From Actinomycetota bacterium (GTDB lineage: Bacteria > Actinomycetota > Actinomycetes > JACCUZ01): 64,000 nt of DNA. Under the pieces are notes generated by a model. It did not search any database, had not been told where the DNA came from, and worked only from the letters and a program-made list of their open reading frames with translations. The stretch covers positions 68-64,067 of the forward strand of contig JAVEDI010000026.1 in the NCBI GenBank assembly GCA_030841035.1, read 5' to 3'. Positions 54,110 to 64,000 of the stretch are shown here, one piece after another. The position numbers were made by a program, and so were the translations under genes. Each line of letters begins with the position of its first letter. Positions within the stretch are counted from its first letter, which is position 1.

Positions 54110-54484
54110 TCAGCGCCGCGGCTGCGGTCGCCACACGACGAGGGAGGTGCGGTTGGCGGCCGCGCGGTGGTCCTCGACCTGGGCCGCCAGCTCGGCGACG
54201 CGCTCCTGCAGGGCCGCGACGTGGTTCTCCAGCTCGAGGATGCGCCGTACACCCTCCAGCCCGATGCCGAGCGCGGAAAGCCTCGCCACCTCGCGCAGTG
54301 CTGCGAGGTCGCGCAGCGAGTAGCGCCGGCCCCCGGCCGGCGTCCGTCCGGGCGAGACCAGGCCGACCCGGTCGTACTGGCGCAGGGTCTGGGCGTGCAG
54401 GCCGGTGAGCTCGGCGGCCACGGAGATGACGAAGACCGGGGTGGTCTCGTCGTGCTGGCCGGGGTCGGCGCGCAGGCCGCTCAT
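54110..54484 (-). CDS. hspR: Heat-shock repressor HspR (MerR family).
   Basis: MerR HTH ([40 protein letters not shown]). Position is immediately downstream of dnaJ. Confidence 0.92.
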   Translation of the reverse strand: MSGLRADPGQHDETTPVFVISVAAELTGLHAQTLRQYDRVGLVSPGRTPAGGRRYSLRDLAALREVARLSALGIGLEGVRRILELENHVAALQERVAELAAQVEDHRAAANRTSLVVWRPQPRR

Positions 54485-55656
54485 TGCGCGCTCCCGCCCG
54501 ACGACGCCTCGCTCAGCAGGCCGGTGCGCGGGTCGTCGCCGGCGGTTGCGGCCCGGAAGGCCTCGACCGCCTCGCGGGCCGGCCCGGACAGCTTCTGGGG
54601 CACCAGCACCTCGACGGTGACCAGCAGGTCGCCCTTGGTGCCGTCCTTGCGGCTCGCGCCGCGCCCCCGGACCCGCAGGGTGCGGCCGTTGGCCGTGCCG
54701 GGCGCGAGCTTGAGGGTGACCGGACTGCCGCCGAGGGTGGGCACCTTGACCTCGCCGCCGAGGGCGGCCTCGGCGAAGGTCACCGGAACGGTCAGCGTGA
54801 GGTTGTCCCCGGCGCGCCCGAACAGCCGGTGCGGGCGCACGTGCACGGTGACGAAGAGGTCGCCCGCGGGGCCGCGCTGCTCACCCGGCGCGCCCTTGCC
54901 GCGCAGCCGGATCCGCTGTCCGTCGTGGACACCGGGCGGGATGCGGACGTTGAGGGTGCGGGTGCCCAGCGCCCGCCCGCTGCCGTGGCAGTCGGGGCAC
55001 GGGTCGTCGACCACCATGCCGCGGCCACGGCACTCGCGGCACGGCTCGGCGAACGCGAAGCCTCCCTGGTTGCGGCTGGTCTGTCCGGTGCCGTGGCAGA
55101 CCGGGCACTGGTGCGGCAGAGCTCCGCCCTTGCCGCCGGTTCCGCGGCAGGTCGGGCAGGCCTGTTCGCTGGCCATCCGCAGCGCGACGGTCGCCCCGTC
55201 GACCGCGTCCTCGAACCCGAGAGTGACCTCGGACTCGATGTCGGCGCCCCGGCGCGGCGCCGTACGGGTCGGGCCCGGGCCGCGGCCTCCGAAGATGCCG
55301 CCGAAGATGTCCCCCAGGCCGCCGGCACCGGCGCCGGAGCCGAACACGTCGCCGAAGTCGAACGTCGTCCCGCCCGAGCCGCCGCTGCCGGGCATCCGGA
55401 AGCCGCCGGGACCCCCGGGGCCGAAGAGCGTCCGCGCCTCGTCGTACTCCGTGCGCCGCTTGACGTCGGAGAGCACGTCGTAGGCCTCGGAGATCTCCTT
55501 GAAGCGGTCCTCGGCCGCCGGGTCGCCCTTGTTGGCGTCGGGGTGGTACTGCCGCGCGAGCTTGCGGTAGGCCTTCTTGATCTCCTCGGCCTTGGCGTCC
55601 TTGGGGACACCGAGGGTCTTGTAGAAGTCCTTCTCGAGAAAGTCCTTGGTGCTCAC
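54481..55656 (-). CDS. dnaJ: Chaperone DnaJ.
   Basis: J-domain (DFYKTLGVPKDAKAEEIKKAYRKLARQYHPDAN), G/F region, four CxxCxGxG zinc-finger repeats. Confidence 0.97.
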   Translation of the reverse strand: MSTKDFLEKDFYKTLGVPKDAKAEEIKKAYRKLARQYHPDANKGDPAAEDRFKEISEAYDVLSDVKRRTEYDEARTLFGPGGPGGFRMPGSGGSGGTTFDFGDVFGSGAGAGGLGDIFGGIFGGRGPGPTRTAPRRGADIESEVTLGFEDAVDGATVALRMASEQACPTCRGTGGKGGALPHQCPVCHGTGQTSRNQGGFAFAEPCRECRGRGMVVDDPCPDCHGSGRALGTRTLNVRIPPGVHDGQRIRLRGKGAPGEQRGPAGDLFVTVHVRPHRLFGRAGDNLTLTVPVTFAEAALGGEVKVPTLGGSPVTLKLAPGTANGRTLRVRGRGASRKDGTKGDLLVTVEVLVPQKLSGPAREAVEAFRAATAGDDPRTGLLSEASSGGSAQ

Positions 55657-55711
55657 CCGGTGGCCCCCTCTCGGCTCGTCGTCGTGGCTGTGCTGCCGGC
55701 CGTGGCTGTGC

Positions 55712-56361
55712 TCACTCCGGGTCGGCCACCGCGACGCGCGCCGGTCGCACGATGCGCTCGCCGATGCGGTAGCCGGGTTGGAAGACCTGCACGCAGGTCG
55801 GCTCGCTGACCTCCGCCGAGTGGGCGTGGGTCAAGGCCTCGTGCATGGTCGGGTCGAACGCGTCGCCCGCCTCCCCGAACCGGGTGAGCCCGAGCTTCTC
55901 GACGGTCTGCTCGAGCGCCTCCCCCACCGACTTGAAACCGCCCTGGAGCTCGCCGTGCTCGCGGGCCCGGCCGATGTCGTCGAGCACCGGCAGCAGGTTG
56001 GCGAGCACGCTGCCCACCGCCTGCTCGCGATTGGCGGCACGGTCGCGGTCGACGCGTCGGCGGTAGTTGGCGTACTCGGCCTGCACGCGCTGCAGATCGC
56101 TGGTGCGCTCGGCGAGCTGCTGGAGCGCCTCGTCGAGCGCCGCCGCGTCGCCGGTGCCCGCCGCGGGGTCGGCCGCGGTGCCGGCGACCGGGCCCGGCTG
56201 GCCCTGCGGGGGCGCCGGCTGCGGCTGCCACGTCGATCCGCCGGCCGGCTCGCGCACTGCGCCGGTCTCGGGGTCGATGCGCCGCTTGTCACGGATCACC
56301 GGCCCGTCTCCCGTCTCCCGCGGGTCGCGGGGGTCACCCGCGGGCACGTCGTCAGGTCCAG

Positions 56362-56365
<4 letters not shown>
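55712..56365 (-). CDS. grpE: Nucleotide exchange factor GrpE.
   Basis: GrpE core [20 protein letters not shown]...[14 protein letters not shown]...[14 protein letters not shown]. Confidence 0.95.
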
Positions 56366-58218
<1,853 letters not shown>

Positions 58219-58285
58219 GGTGATCGTTCCTCCGGGGAGTGCACAGGTGAATAAGTACGCACAGTCTCACCCAGCAACCGCGGAA

Positions 58286-58316
58286 TGTCAAAGAACCTTA
58301 GTCGGGTCGACTCAAC
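58286..58316 (-). promoter_or_regulatory. HspR-associated inverted repeat (HAIR) adjacent to a -35-like TTGACA upstream of dnaK.
   Basis: Minus strand reads gTTGAGT-cgacccg-ACTAAGg, against the consensus CTTGAGT-N7-ACTCAAG. It is followed by TTGACA, with GGAGG 8 nt before the dnaK ATG. Confidence 0.65.
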
Positions 58317-58345
58317 TATCTGTCCTTCTCCGGCTTAAGCACTCC

Positions 58346-60823
58346 TCAGCGGATCCGCACGATCCGGATCGGGCTGACGCCGGCCGCCAGGCCGCTGGCG
58401 CGCCCGACGACCGCCCGCCAGGAGTAGGCGCCGGGCCCCCGCGGGGTCCACGACAGCCGGAACCGCCCGCGCGCGTCCATCCGAGCCGCCCGGACACCCA
58501 TCCAGCGGCCGTCGCCGCCCCGGCGCTGCAGCAGCGCCTTGCCGGATCGGCGCGGGGTGACCCGGCCGCGAAACTGCACGGCCTGGCCCCGGCGGACCGT
58601 CGCGTCCAGGGCCCGCAGCGCGACCCGTTGGCGGACCACCACAGTCCGACGCCCGCTGTGCGTGCCCATCAGCAGCGAGCTGACCGGCGCGAACGAGGCG
58701 ACGTACGTCGCCCCGCGCGTGGCCTGGAGCCGGAAGGCGTAGGCACCCGAGGCCGATGTCCTCGTCCGGGTCAGCACAGTGAACCGCTTCGCGCCGGACA
58801 GCCGCCGGAGCAGCGTCACCGGTCGCGACGGGAGCGCCATGCCGTTGTCCGTGACGGTGAGCCGGCCGCGCAGGGCGAAGCGGCGGCCGAGGGCTACTGA
58901 CCTCGGTGAGGTGATTGTGAGCGTCGTACCCAGCAACGTGCGCTGCACCGCCGCGCTGTTGCCGTGGGAGCTGACCGCGGAGAGCCCGAACGTGTAGGTC
59001 TTGCCGGGCGGGACGCCGTCGATGACCTGGTTGCGCGGACTGGTGTCGAGCGGCAGGAAGTTCTCGCTGTCGATGGCCGGGGACACGGTCAGCACGTAGG
59101 AGTTGACCGGCTGGGTGCCCTGGCTGGCCGGGGGGGACCAGCGCAGCCGGATGTGGCCGTCGCCGCCGGTGATCGACACCGCCTGCGGCGGGCTGGGGGA
59201 CACGAAGCTCGGTGACTGCATCAACGTGGCGGCGGTGGCCCCCTTCACCGTCGTGTCGCACTCGGCCTGCGGCACGCCGACGGTGAGGCAGGCGGCGTAG
59301 AGGGCGTCGGCCAGGTCGGAGTAGTCGGCGCCGGGTGACAGCAGCTGCTGGGTGATCCAGTAGATCCGCGAGGTCGCCGTGAGCCCGAGGCCGGGGAAGC
59401 TGAGCCCGCCGAACGCGCCACCCGGCTCGCCCACCGTGCCGTCGGCGATGAGGTAGGCGGCCTTGTTACCCACGCCGCTGTTGGTGTGGACCGCGCCGTT
59501 GTCGTCGTCGAACGTGTCGTTCCAGAACTGGCCGCCCACCTGGTCGGGCTGCTGGAAGGCCTTCGGGTTCGACATGCTGCGCGCCACGCCGACCGACAGG
59601 TCCTCGCCGAGCAGCCAGCGCACGGACGGGTCGTCGTTGCCGATGCCGTCGGTCTGGTCGACCAGCTCGCCGAAGACGTCGGACATCGACTCGTTGATGG
59701 CGCCGGACTGGTACCAGTAGACGAGCCCGGAGGTGTGCTGCGTGACGCCGTGCGTCAGCTCGTGGGCCACCACGTCGTCGGCGGCCGCGAAGCCGGAGCC
59801 GTAGACCATCTGGGTGCCGTCCCAGAACGCGTTGTCGTAGGGGCACGAGCCACTCGTGGGACAGACCCGCACGGTGGACCGCAGCTTCTTGCCGTCGCCC
59901 AGGTCCGACCCGATCAGCGCGGTCAGGTCGACGCCGAGGCCGGCGTAGAAGTCGGACGCCGCCTTCGCCGAGTCGTACGCCGCGTTGACGTCGGGCACCG
60001 CCGACGCGGGGCCGCCCTCGCTCTCGACGTAGCGTCCGGGCCCGCAGGCGTAGTCGTCCTTCCTGGCGTTGCGGTTGTCACAGACCACCCGGTCCAGCTG
60101 GGGCACCTGGTTGAAGTGCAGCAGCACCGCACCGGTCGCCGCGTCGACGACGACCAGCTCGCGCACGTCGAGCACGCCCGCAGCGGTGACCTGCAGGATC
60201 CAGGCCGCGCGGGCGCCGGGCGGCGCGGCGGACCTGAACAGGCTCGGGTCGTAGAGCCAGCGCTGCGGGGCGCTCGCGCGCAGGCGGCGTACGGCGAGCT
60301 TCTGCTCGCGTGCCGTCGCCCGCAGCGCCGCGGCACGTGCCGCGGACGCGGGCACCGTGAACGCCGTGGACAGCACCCGGGTCGAGGTCTCACCGACAAC
60401 CGAGACGAGGCCGCCGTGCGGGTCCAGCGCGGTGGACAGCTGTCCGCCGAACACCGGAAGGCCGGCGCGGGTCTGCTGGAAGCGCACCACCGAGGCGCCT
60501 CGGCGCAGCGAGGTGACCCGGCCGCCGCGCAGGTCGCTGTCGCTGACACCGAACACCGAGCTGTAGTGACGCAGGTGCTCCCGCGCCGCCGCCGCGGGGG
60601 CCCGCGTCGTCGCGCGCTCGACGACCGCACCCCGACGGGCGCCGAGGTAGTGGGCGCGACCGTCCCGGTCGCGGCGGACCACCAGCGGCGCCGGGCCGGC
60701 GGCGGCACCCGGGTCTGCCCGCGTGCCGACCGCGGTGCTCGCGGATGCGACAGTGACCGGCAGGGCGGTCGCGAGCAGGCTGACCACGACGGTGGCCACG
60801 CCGACGAGGCGTCGGGTGCGCAC
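58346..60823 (-). CDS. Secreted M4 (thermolysin-family) zinc metalloprotease with a long C-terminal extension of Ig/FN3-like beta-domains.
   Basis: GTG VRTRRLVGVATVVVSLLATALPVTVASA (signal peptide), HELTHGVTQ (HExxH), GAINESMSDVFGE (third zinc ligand), FN3-like segment PPASQGTQPVNSYVLTVSP. About 826 aa. The 151-aa N-terminal extension of the track ORF is rejected. Confidence 0.85.
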   Translation of the reverse strand: MRTRRLVGVATVVVSLLATALPVTVASASTAVGTRADPGAAAGPAPLVVRRDRDGRAHYLGARRGAVVERATTRAPAAAAREHLRHYSSVFGVSDSDLRGGRVTSLRRGASVVRFQQTRAGLPVFGGQLSTALDPHGGLVSVVGETSTRVLSTAFTVPASAARAAALRATAREQKLAVRRLRASAPQRWLYDPSLFRSAAPPGARAAWILQVTAAGVLDVRELVVVDAATGAVLLHFNQVPQLDRVVCDNRNARKDDYACGPGRYVESEGGPASAVPDVNAAYDSAKAASDFYAGLGVDLTALIGSDLGDGKKLRSTVRVCPTSGSCPYDNAFWDGTQMVYGSGFAAADDVVAHELTHGVTQHTSGLVYWYQSGAINESMSDVFGELVDQTDGIGNDDPSVRWLLGEDLSVGVARSMSNPKAFQQPDQVGGQFWNDTFDDDNGAVHTNSGVGNKAAYLIADGTVGEPGGAFGGLSFPGLGLTATSRIYWITQQLLSPGADYSDLADALYAACLTVGVPQAECDTTVKGATAATLMQSPSFVSPSPPQAVSITGGDGHIRLRWSPPASQGTQPVNSYVLTVSPAIDSENFLPLDTSPRNQVIDGVPPGKTYTFGLSAVSSHGNSAAVQRTLLGTTLTITSPRSVALGRRFALRGRLTVTDNGMALPSRPVTLLRRLSGAKRFTVLTRTRTSASGAYAFRLQATRGATYVASFAPVSSLLMGTHSGRRTVVVRQRVALRALDATVRRGQAVQFRGRVTPRRSGKALLQRRGGDGRWMGVRAARMDARGRFRLSWTPRGPGAYSWRAVVGRASGLAAGVSPIRIVRIR

Positions 60824-61035
60824 GAAATTCTGTCCCTTGAGAGGCGAGGTCGTACCGGCGAACACCGGCTCACCAGGCAGGGTAGGCGGCCCGGTGCTGA
60901 CAAGGGGACGTTTCGCCCACTTGTGACGCGCGCGTGGCGAGGCGCCGCGTTGCCGGCCCACCCGACGATTGGGGTGCAAGGCGTCGGGCAAGGGTCCTGC
61001 GGGCGGCACCGGCAGTCCGGGCAAAGGAGCGCGCA

Positions 61036-61306
61036 CATGTGGTGGCGGATCTTCGGGGGCGTCTCGGCCGTGTTCGCCGGCGTCGCGGCGCGCAAGGTGC
61101 TGGTCAAGGGCTGGCAGCTGGCGACCGGTGACGACCCGCCGGCCAACCCCGAGGCGCCGGACACGACGTGGCAGGAGGCGCTCGGCTGGGCCCTGGTCAG
61201 CGGAGCGGTGATGGGTGTCGCTCGGATGCTCGCCACCCGCAAGGCGGCCAGCTACTACCGGCGCTCGACCGGCCACCTGCCCCCCGGCATGGAAGAGGTC
61301 ACCTGA
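61036..61306 (+). CDS. DUF4235-family small membrane protein, 90 aa.
   Basis: AAAGGAG 7 nt before the ATG. MWWRIFGGVSAVFAGVAARKVLVKGWQLATGDDPPANPEAPDTTWQEALGWALVSGAVMGV is the conserved actinobacterial DUF4235 pattern. Confidence 0.7.
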
Positions 61307-61344
61307 GCGGCGCGGCCCGCGCCGCGGCGCCGTAGGCTCGGTGC

Positions 61345-61490
61345 ATGCTGCCGTTGCTGCGCGACCACCGGGGCCGGCCCGCAGCCACGGTGCGCCTGCT
61401 GGCCGTCGCGGTCGTGCTCGGCATGCTGATGCTCGCCGCTCCGGTGCTGGTCCCGCTGCTGCACTGGGCCAGCCGGCTCGTCTTCTAGAG
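61345..61490 (+). CDS. Hypothetical 48-aa membrane peptide.
   Basis: MLPLLRDHRGRPAATVRLLAVAVVLGMLMLAAPVLVPLLHWASRLVF, a single TM. Lies between the DUF4235 gene and the Fe-S reductase gene on the same strand. Confidence 0.3.
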
Positions 61491-61557
61491 CCCCCGGCGC
61501 GCGCTTAGTTACCGGCCGGTATGGTCGGCGCGTCCGCGCACCCTTGCAGGAGGACCC

Positions 61558-63780
61558 GTGAGACTGGCCATCGGCCTGCTGATGACCGTCGCGGCGCTGG
61601 CGGTCGCCGGCCGGCGCATGTACTGGCTGTACCGGCTGATGAGGACCGGCCAGCCGGCGCCCGGGCGGCTCGACGGCATCGGGACGCGCGCCAAGGACCA
61701 GCTGCGCGAGGTCCTCGGCCAGCGCAAGCTGCTGACGTGGTCGGTACCGGGGACGGCCCACTTCTTCACGTTCTGGGCGTTCATCATCCTGGCCGCGACG
61801 ATCCTCGAGGCCTACGGTGCGCTCTTCGACCGCGATTTCGCCATCCCGCTGATAGGCCACTGGGCCCTGCTGGGCTTCCTCGAGGACTTCTTCGCCACGG
61901 CGGTGCTGGTGTCGCTCGCGGTCTTCACCGTCATTCGCCTCCGCAGCGCGCCCGCCAAGCGCCAGCGGGCCTCGCGGTTCTACGGGTCGCACACGCGAGC
62001 GGCCTGGCTCGTGCTGTTCATGATCTTCAACGTCGTCTGGACCTTGTTCCTCTACCGCGGCGCACAGGTCAACACCGGTGTCTTCCCGTTCCAGGACGAC
62101 GGCTGGTGGGCGTTCGGGTCACGGGCGGTGGCCTGGTTGCTGGATCCGCTCGGCACGGACGCCAACGAGGCGCTGGAGACGATCGGCATCCTGCTGCAGA
62201 TCGGTGTGGTGCTCGGCTTCCTCGTGCTGGTCGTGTACTCCAAGCACCTGCACATCTTCCTTGCGCCAGTGAACGTGCTGACCAAGCGCGAGCCCGACGG
62301 TCTGGGTCCACTGCTGCCGATGATGGCCGACGGCAAGCCCATCGACTTCGCGGACCTCGACGAGCTCGACGAGGACGCGGCCCTCGGTCGCGGGAAGGTC
62401 GAGGACTTCACCTGGAAGGGGATGCTGGACTTCGCGACCTGCACCGAGTGCGGTCGCTGCCAGGACCAGTGCCCGGCGTGGAACACCGGCAAGCCGCTCT
62501 CGCCCAAGCTGGTGATCATGGACCTGCGCGACCACCTGTTCGCGAAGGCACCGGCACTGCTGGCCGCCGACGGTGCCGCGGTGACCGGCTCCCCGGCGAT
62601 CGACCCGGAGACGGGCCACGTCGGCGTACCCGAGTCAGGTTTCGGTCGCATCCCCACCCCCGGCCAGCCGCAGGTCGAACGCCCGCTCGTCGGCACCGTG
62701 CAGGAGGGCGGGGTCATCGACCCCGACGTGCTGTGGAGCTGCACCACGTGCGGCGCGTGCGTCGAGCAGTGCCCCGTCGACATCGAGCACGTCGACCACA
62801 TCCTTGACATGCGTCGGTTCCAGGTGCTCGTCGAGTCGTCGTTCCCGAGCGAGGCGGGGACGATGCTGAGGAACCTCGAGAACAAGGGCAACCCGTGGGG
62901 CATGAACGCCCGGGCCCGCCTGGAGTGGACCGAGGGGCTGGACTTCGAGGTGCCGGTGTTCGGCGAGACGGTCGAGGACCTCAGCGAGGTCGACTACCTG
63001 TTCTGGGTGGGCTGCGCGGGAGCGCTGGAGGATCGCGCCAAGAAGACGACGCGCGCGTTCGCGGAGCTGCTGCACATCGCCGGCGTCTCGTTCGCCGTTC
63101 TCGGCGCGGCCGAGGCGTGCACCGGTGACCCGGCACGACGGCTGGGCAACGAGTTCGTCTTCCAGATGCTCGCCCAGCAGAACGTCGAGACCCTCAACGA
63201 GGCGGGCGCCACGACGATCGTCGCGACCTGCCCGCACTGCTTCAACTCGCTGGCCCGGGAGTACCCGCAGCTGGGTGGCACGTACGAGGTGGTCCACCAC
63301 ACCCAGCTTCTCTCGCGCCTGGTCGACGAGGGTCGCCTCACGCCGGTCACACCCGTGGACAGCCTGGTGACCTACCACGACCCCTGCTACCTGGGGCGGC
63401 ACAACAAGGTCTACTCCCCGCCCCGCGAGGTGCTCGCGAGCGTCCCCGGGCTGCGGGCCCAGGAGATGCACCGCTGCAAGGAGCGCGGCTTCTGCTGCGG
63501 CGCCGGCGGTGCCCGCATGTGGATGGAGGAGAAGATCGGCAAGCGGATCAACGTGGAGCGCGTCGACGAGGCGCTCGGCCTCGACCCGGACATCGTCTCC
63601 ACCGCCTGCCCCTTCTGCCTGGTGATGCTCGGTGACGCGGTCACCGCGAAGCAGCAGGAGGGCGCGGCGCGCGCCGACGTCGAGGTCCTCGACGTCGCGC
63701 AGCTGCTGGTGCGCTCGGTGCGAGCGGGCAGCGGCCCGACCGGCGCCGAGCAGGACGGACCGCAGCCCGCCGCAGGGTGA
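61558..63780 (+). CDS. Membrane-anchored iron-sulfur-binding reductase (HdrD/GlpC-like CCG-domain protein, Rv0338c-like).
   Basis: N-terminal multi-TM domain, two 4Fe-4S ferredoxin motifs (CTECGRCQDQCP and CTTCGACVEQCP), two cysteine-rich CCG domains (CPHCFNS and CCGAGG...CPFC). Confidence 0.88.
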   Translation: MRLAIGLLMTVAALAVAGRRMYWLYRLMRTGQPAPGRLDGIGTRAKDQLREVLGQRKLLTWSVPGTAHFFTFWAFIILAATILEAYGALFDRDFAIPLIGHWALLGFLEDFFATAVLVSLAVFTVIRLRSAPAKRQRASRFYGSHTRAAWLVLFMIFNVVWTLFLYRGAQVNTGVFPFQDDGWWAFGSRAVAWLLDPLGTDANEALETIGILLQIGVVLGFLVLVVYSKHLHIFLAPVNVLTKREPDGLGPLLPMMADGKPIDFADLDELDEDAALGRGKVEDFTWKGMLDFATCTECGRCQDQCPAWNTGKPLSPKLVIMDLRDHLFAKAPALLAADGAAVTGSPAIDPETGHVGVPESGFGRIPTPGQPQVERPLVGTVQEGGVIDPDVLWSCTTCGACVEQCPVDIEHVDHILDMRRFQVLVESSFPSEAGTMLRNLENKGNPWGMNARARLEWTEGLDFEVPVFGETVEDLSEVDYLFWVGCAGALEDRAKKTTRAFAELLHIAGVSFAVLGAAEACTGDPARRLGNEFVFQMLAQQNVETLNEAGATTIVATCPHCFNSLAREYPQLGGTYEVVHHTQLLSRLVDEGRLTPVTPVDSLVTYHDPCYLGRHNKVYSPPREVLASVPGLRAQEMHRCKERGFCCGAGGARMWMEEKIGKRINVERVDEALGLDPDIVSTACPFCLVMLGDAVTAKQQEGAARADVEVLDVAQLLVRSVRAGSGPTGAEQDGPQPAAG

Positions 63781-63799
63781 GCGCACTGCGCCCGCCGGG

Positions 63800-64000
63800 T
63801 CAGCCCCGCAGCAGGGCCGCCAGCCGATCGAGGAAGGCCCGCTGCCCGCCGACGAGCTTGGCGGCCGCCGCGTCGAGCGGGAACCACGCGACCCGGTCGA
63901 CCTCGGGAAACTCCTCGAGCCGGCCAGAACCGGGCGGCCACTCCATCGCGAACGTGCCGGGCAGGAAGCCACTGAGGTCGGGGTCGCCCGCGACCGCCCA
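63800..64000 (-). CDS. C-terminal fragment of a protein whose start lies beyond the window end. Possibly a NUDIX-type hydrolase.
   Basis: Minus-strand frame ...FPEVDRVAWFPLDAAAAKLVGGQRAFLDRLAALLRG*. The C-terminal pattern resembles NUDIX tails but the NUDIX box is not within the window. Confidence 0.3.
   Translation of the reverse strand, partial: WAVAGDPDLSGFLPGTFAMEWPPGSGRLEEFPEVDRVAWFPLDAAAAKLVGGQRAFLDRLAALLRG

Noticed and set aside
59486-61306. 606-aa + strand ORF
   Set aside because: Antisense to the M4 protease for most of its length. Only its last 90 codons (61036-61306, the DUF4235 protein with its own RBS) are real.
62635-63972. 445-aa minus-strand ORF
   Set aside because: Antisense to the Fe-S reductase gene, which has conserved ferredoxin and CCG cysteine motifs.

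Overview
This is a high-GC (~70%+) core-chromosome window from an actinobacterium. Its gene order resembles Streptomyces, Mycobacterium and Nocardioides chromosomes, and coding density is high on both strands with no phage, transposase or CRISPR content. Eight purine-biosynthesis genes (purF, purL-purQ-purS, purC, purB, purD, purA) lie scattered between unrelated genes.

Other recognisable blocks:
- A heterodimeric ABC exporter pair (3300-6931).
- A ggt gene with a five-gene dpp/gsi-type peptide ABC importer (18784-26172).
- A lipid-related block of lipase, diacylglycerol kinase, phospholipase D/cardiolipin synthase and a LuxR regulator (30205-35436).
- fbaA with its DUF3151 neighbour (35611-37155).
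- A form-II CO-dehydrogenase-like coxSLMG cluster (44475-49063).
- The HspR regulon dnaK-grpE-dnaJ-hspR-clpB with a HAIR operator (51456-58316).
- A large secreted M4 metalloprotease (58346-60823).
- An Rv0338c-like membrane Fe-S reductase (61558-63780).

The most unusual feature is a dispersed family of long nested-palindrome repeats at two intergenic loci: an 83-bp tandem array at 2998-3226, and a related ~144-bp-period array at 15575-15840. Other points of interest are a PPGT(D/H) pentapeptide tandem repeat inside an SCP2-domain gene, several unannotated small ORFs with coding-like codon usage, and widespread GTGA/ATGA stop-start overlaps.

No convincing novel multi-gene system such as a defence island was found. 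Several coordinates derived from manual reading may be off by 1-3 nt.
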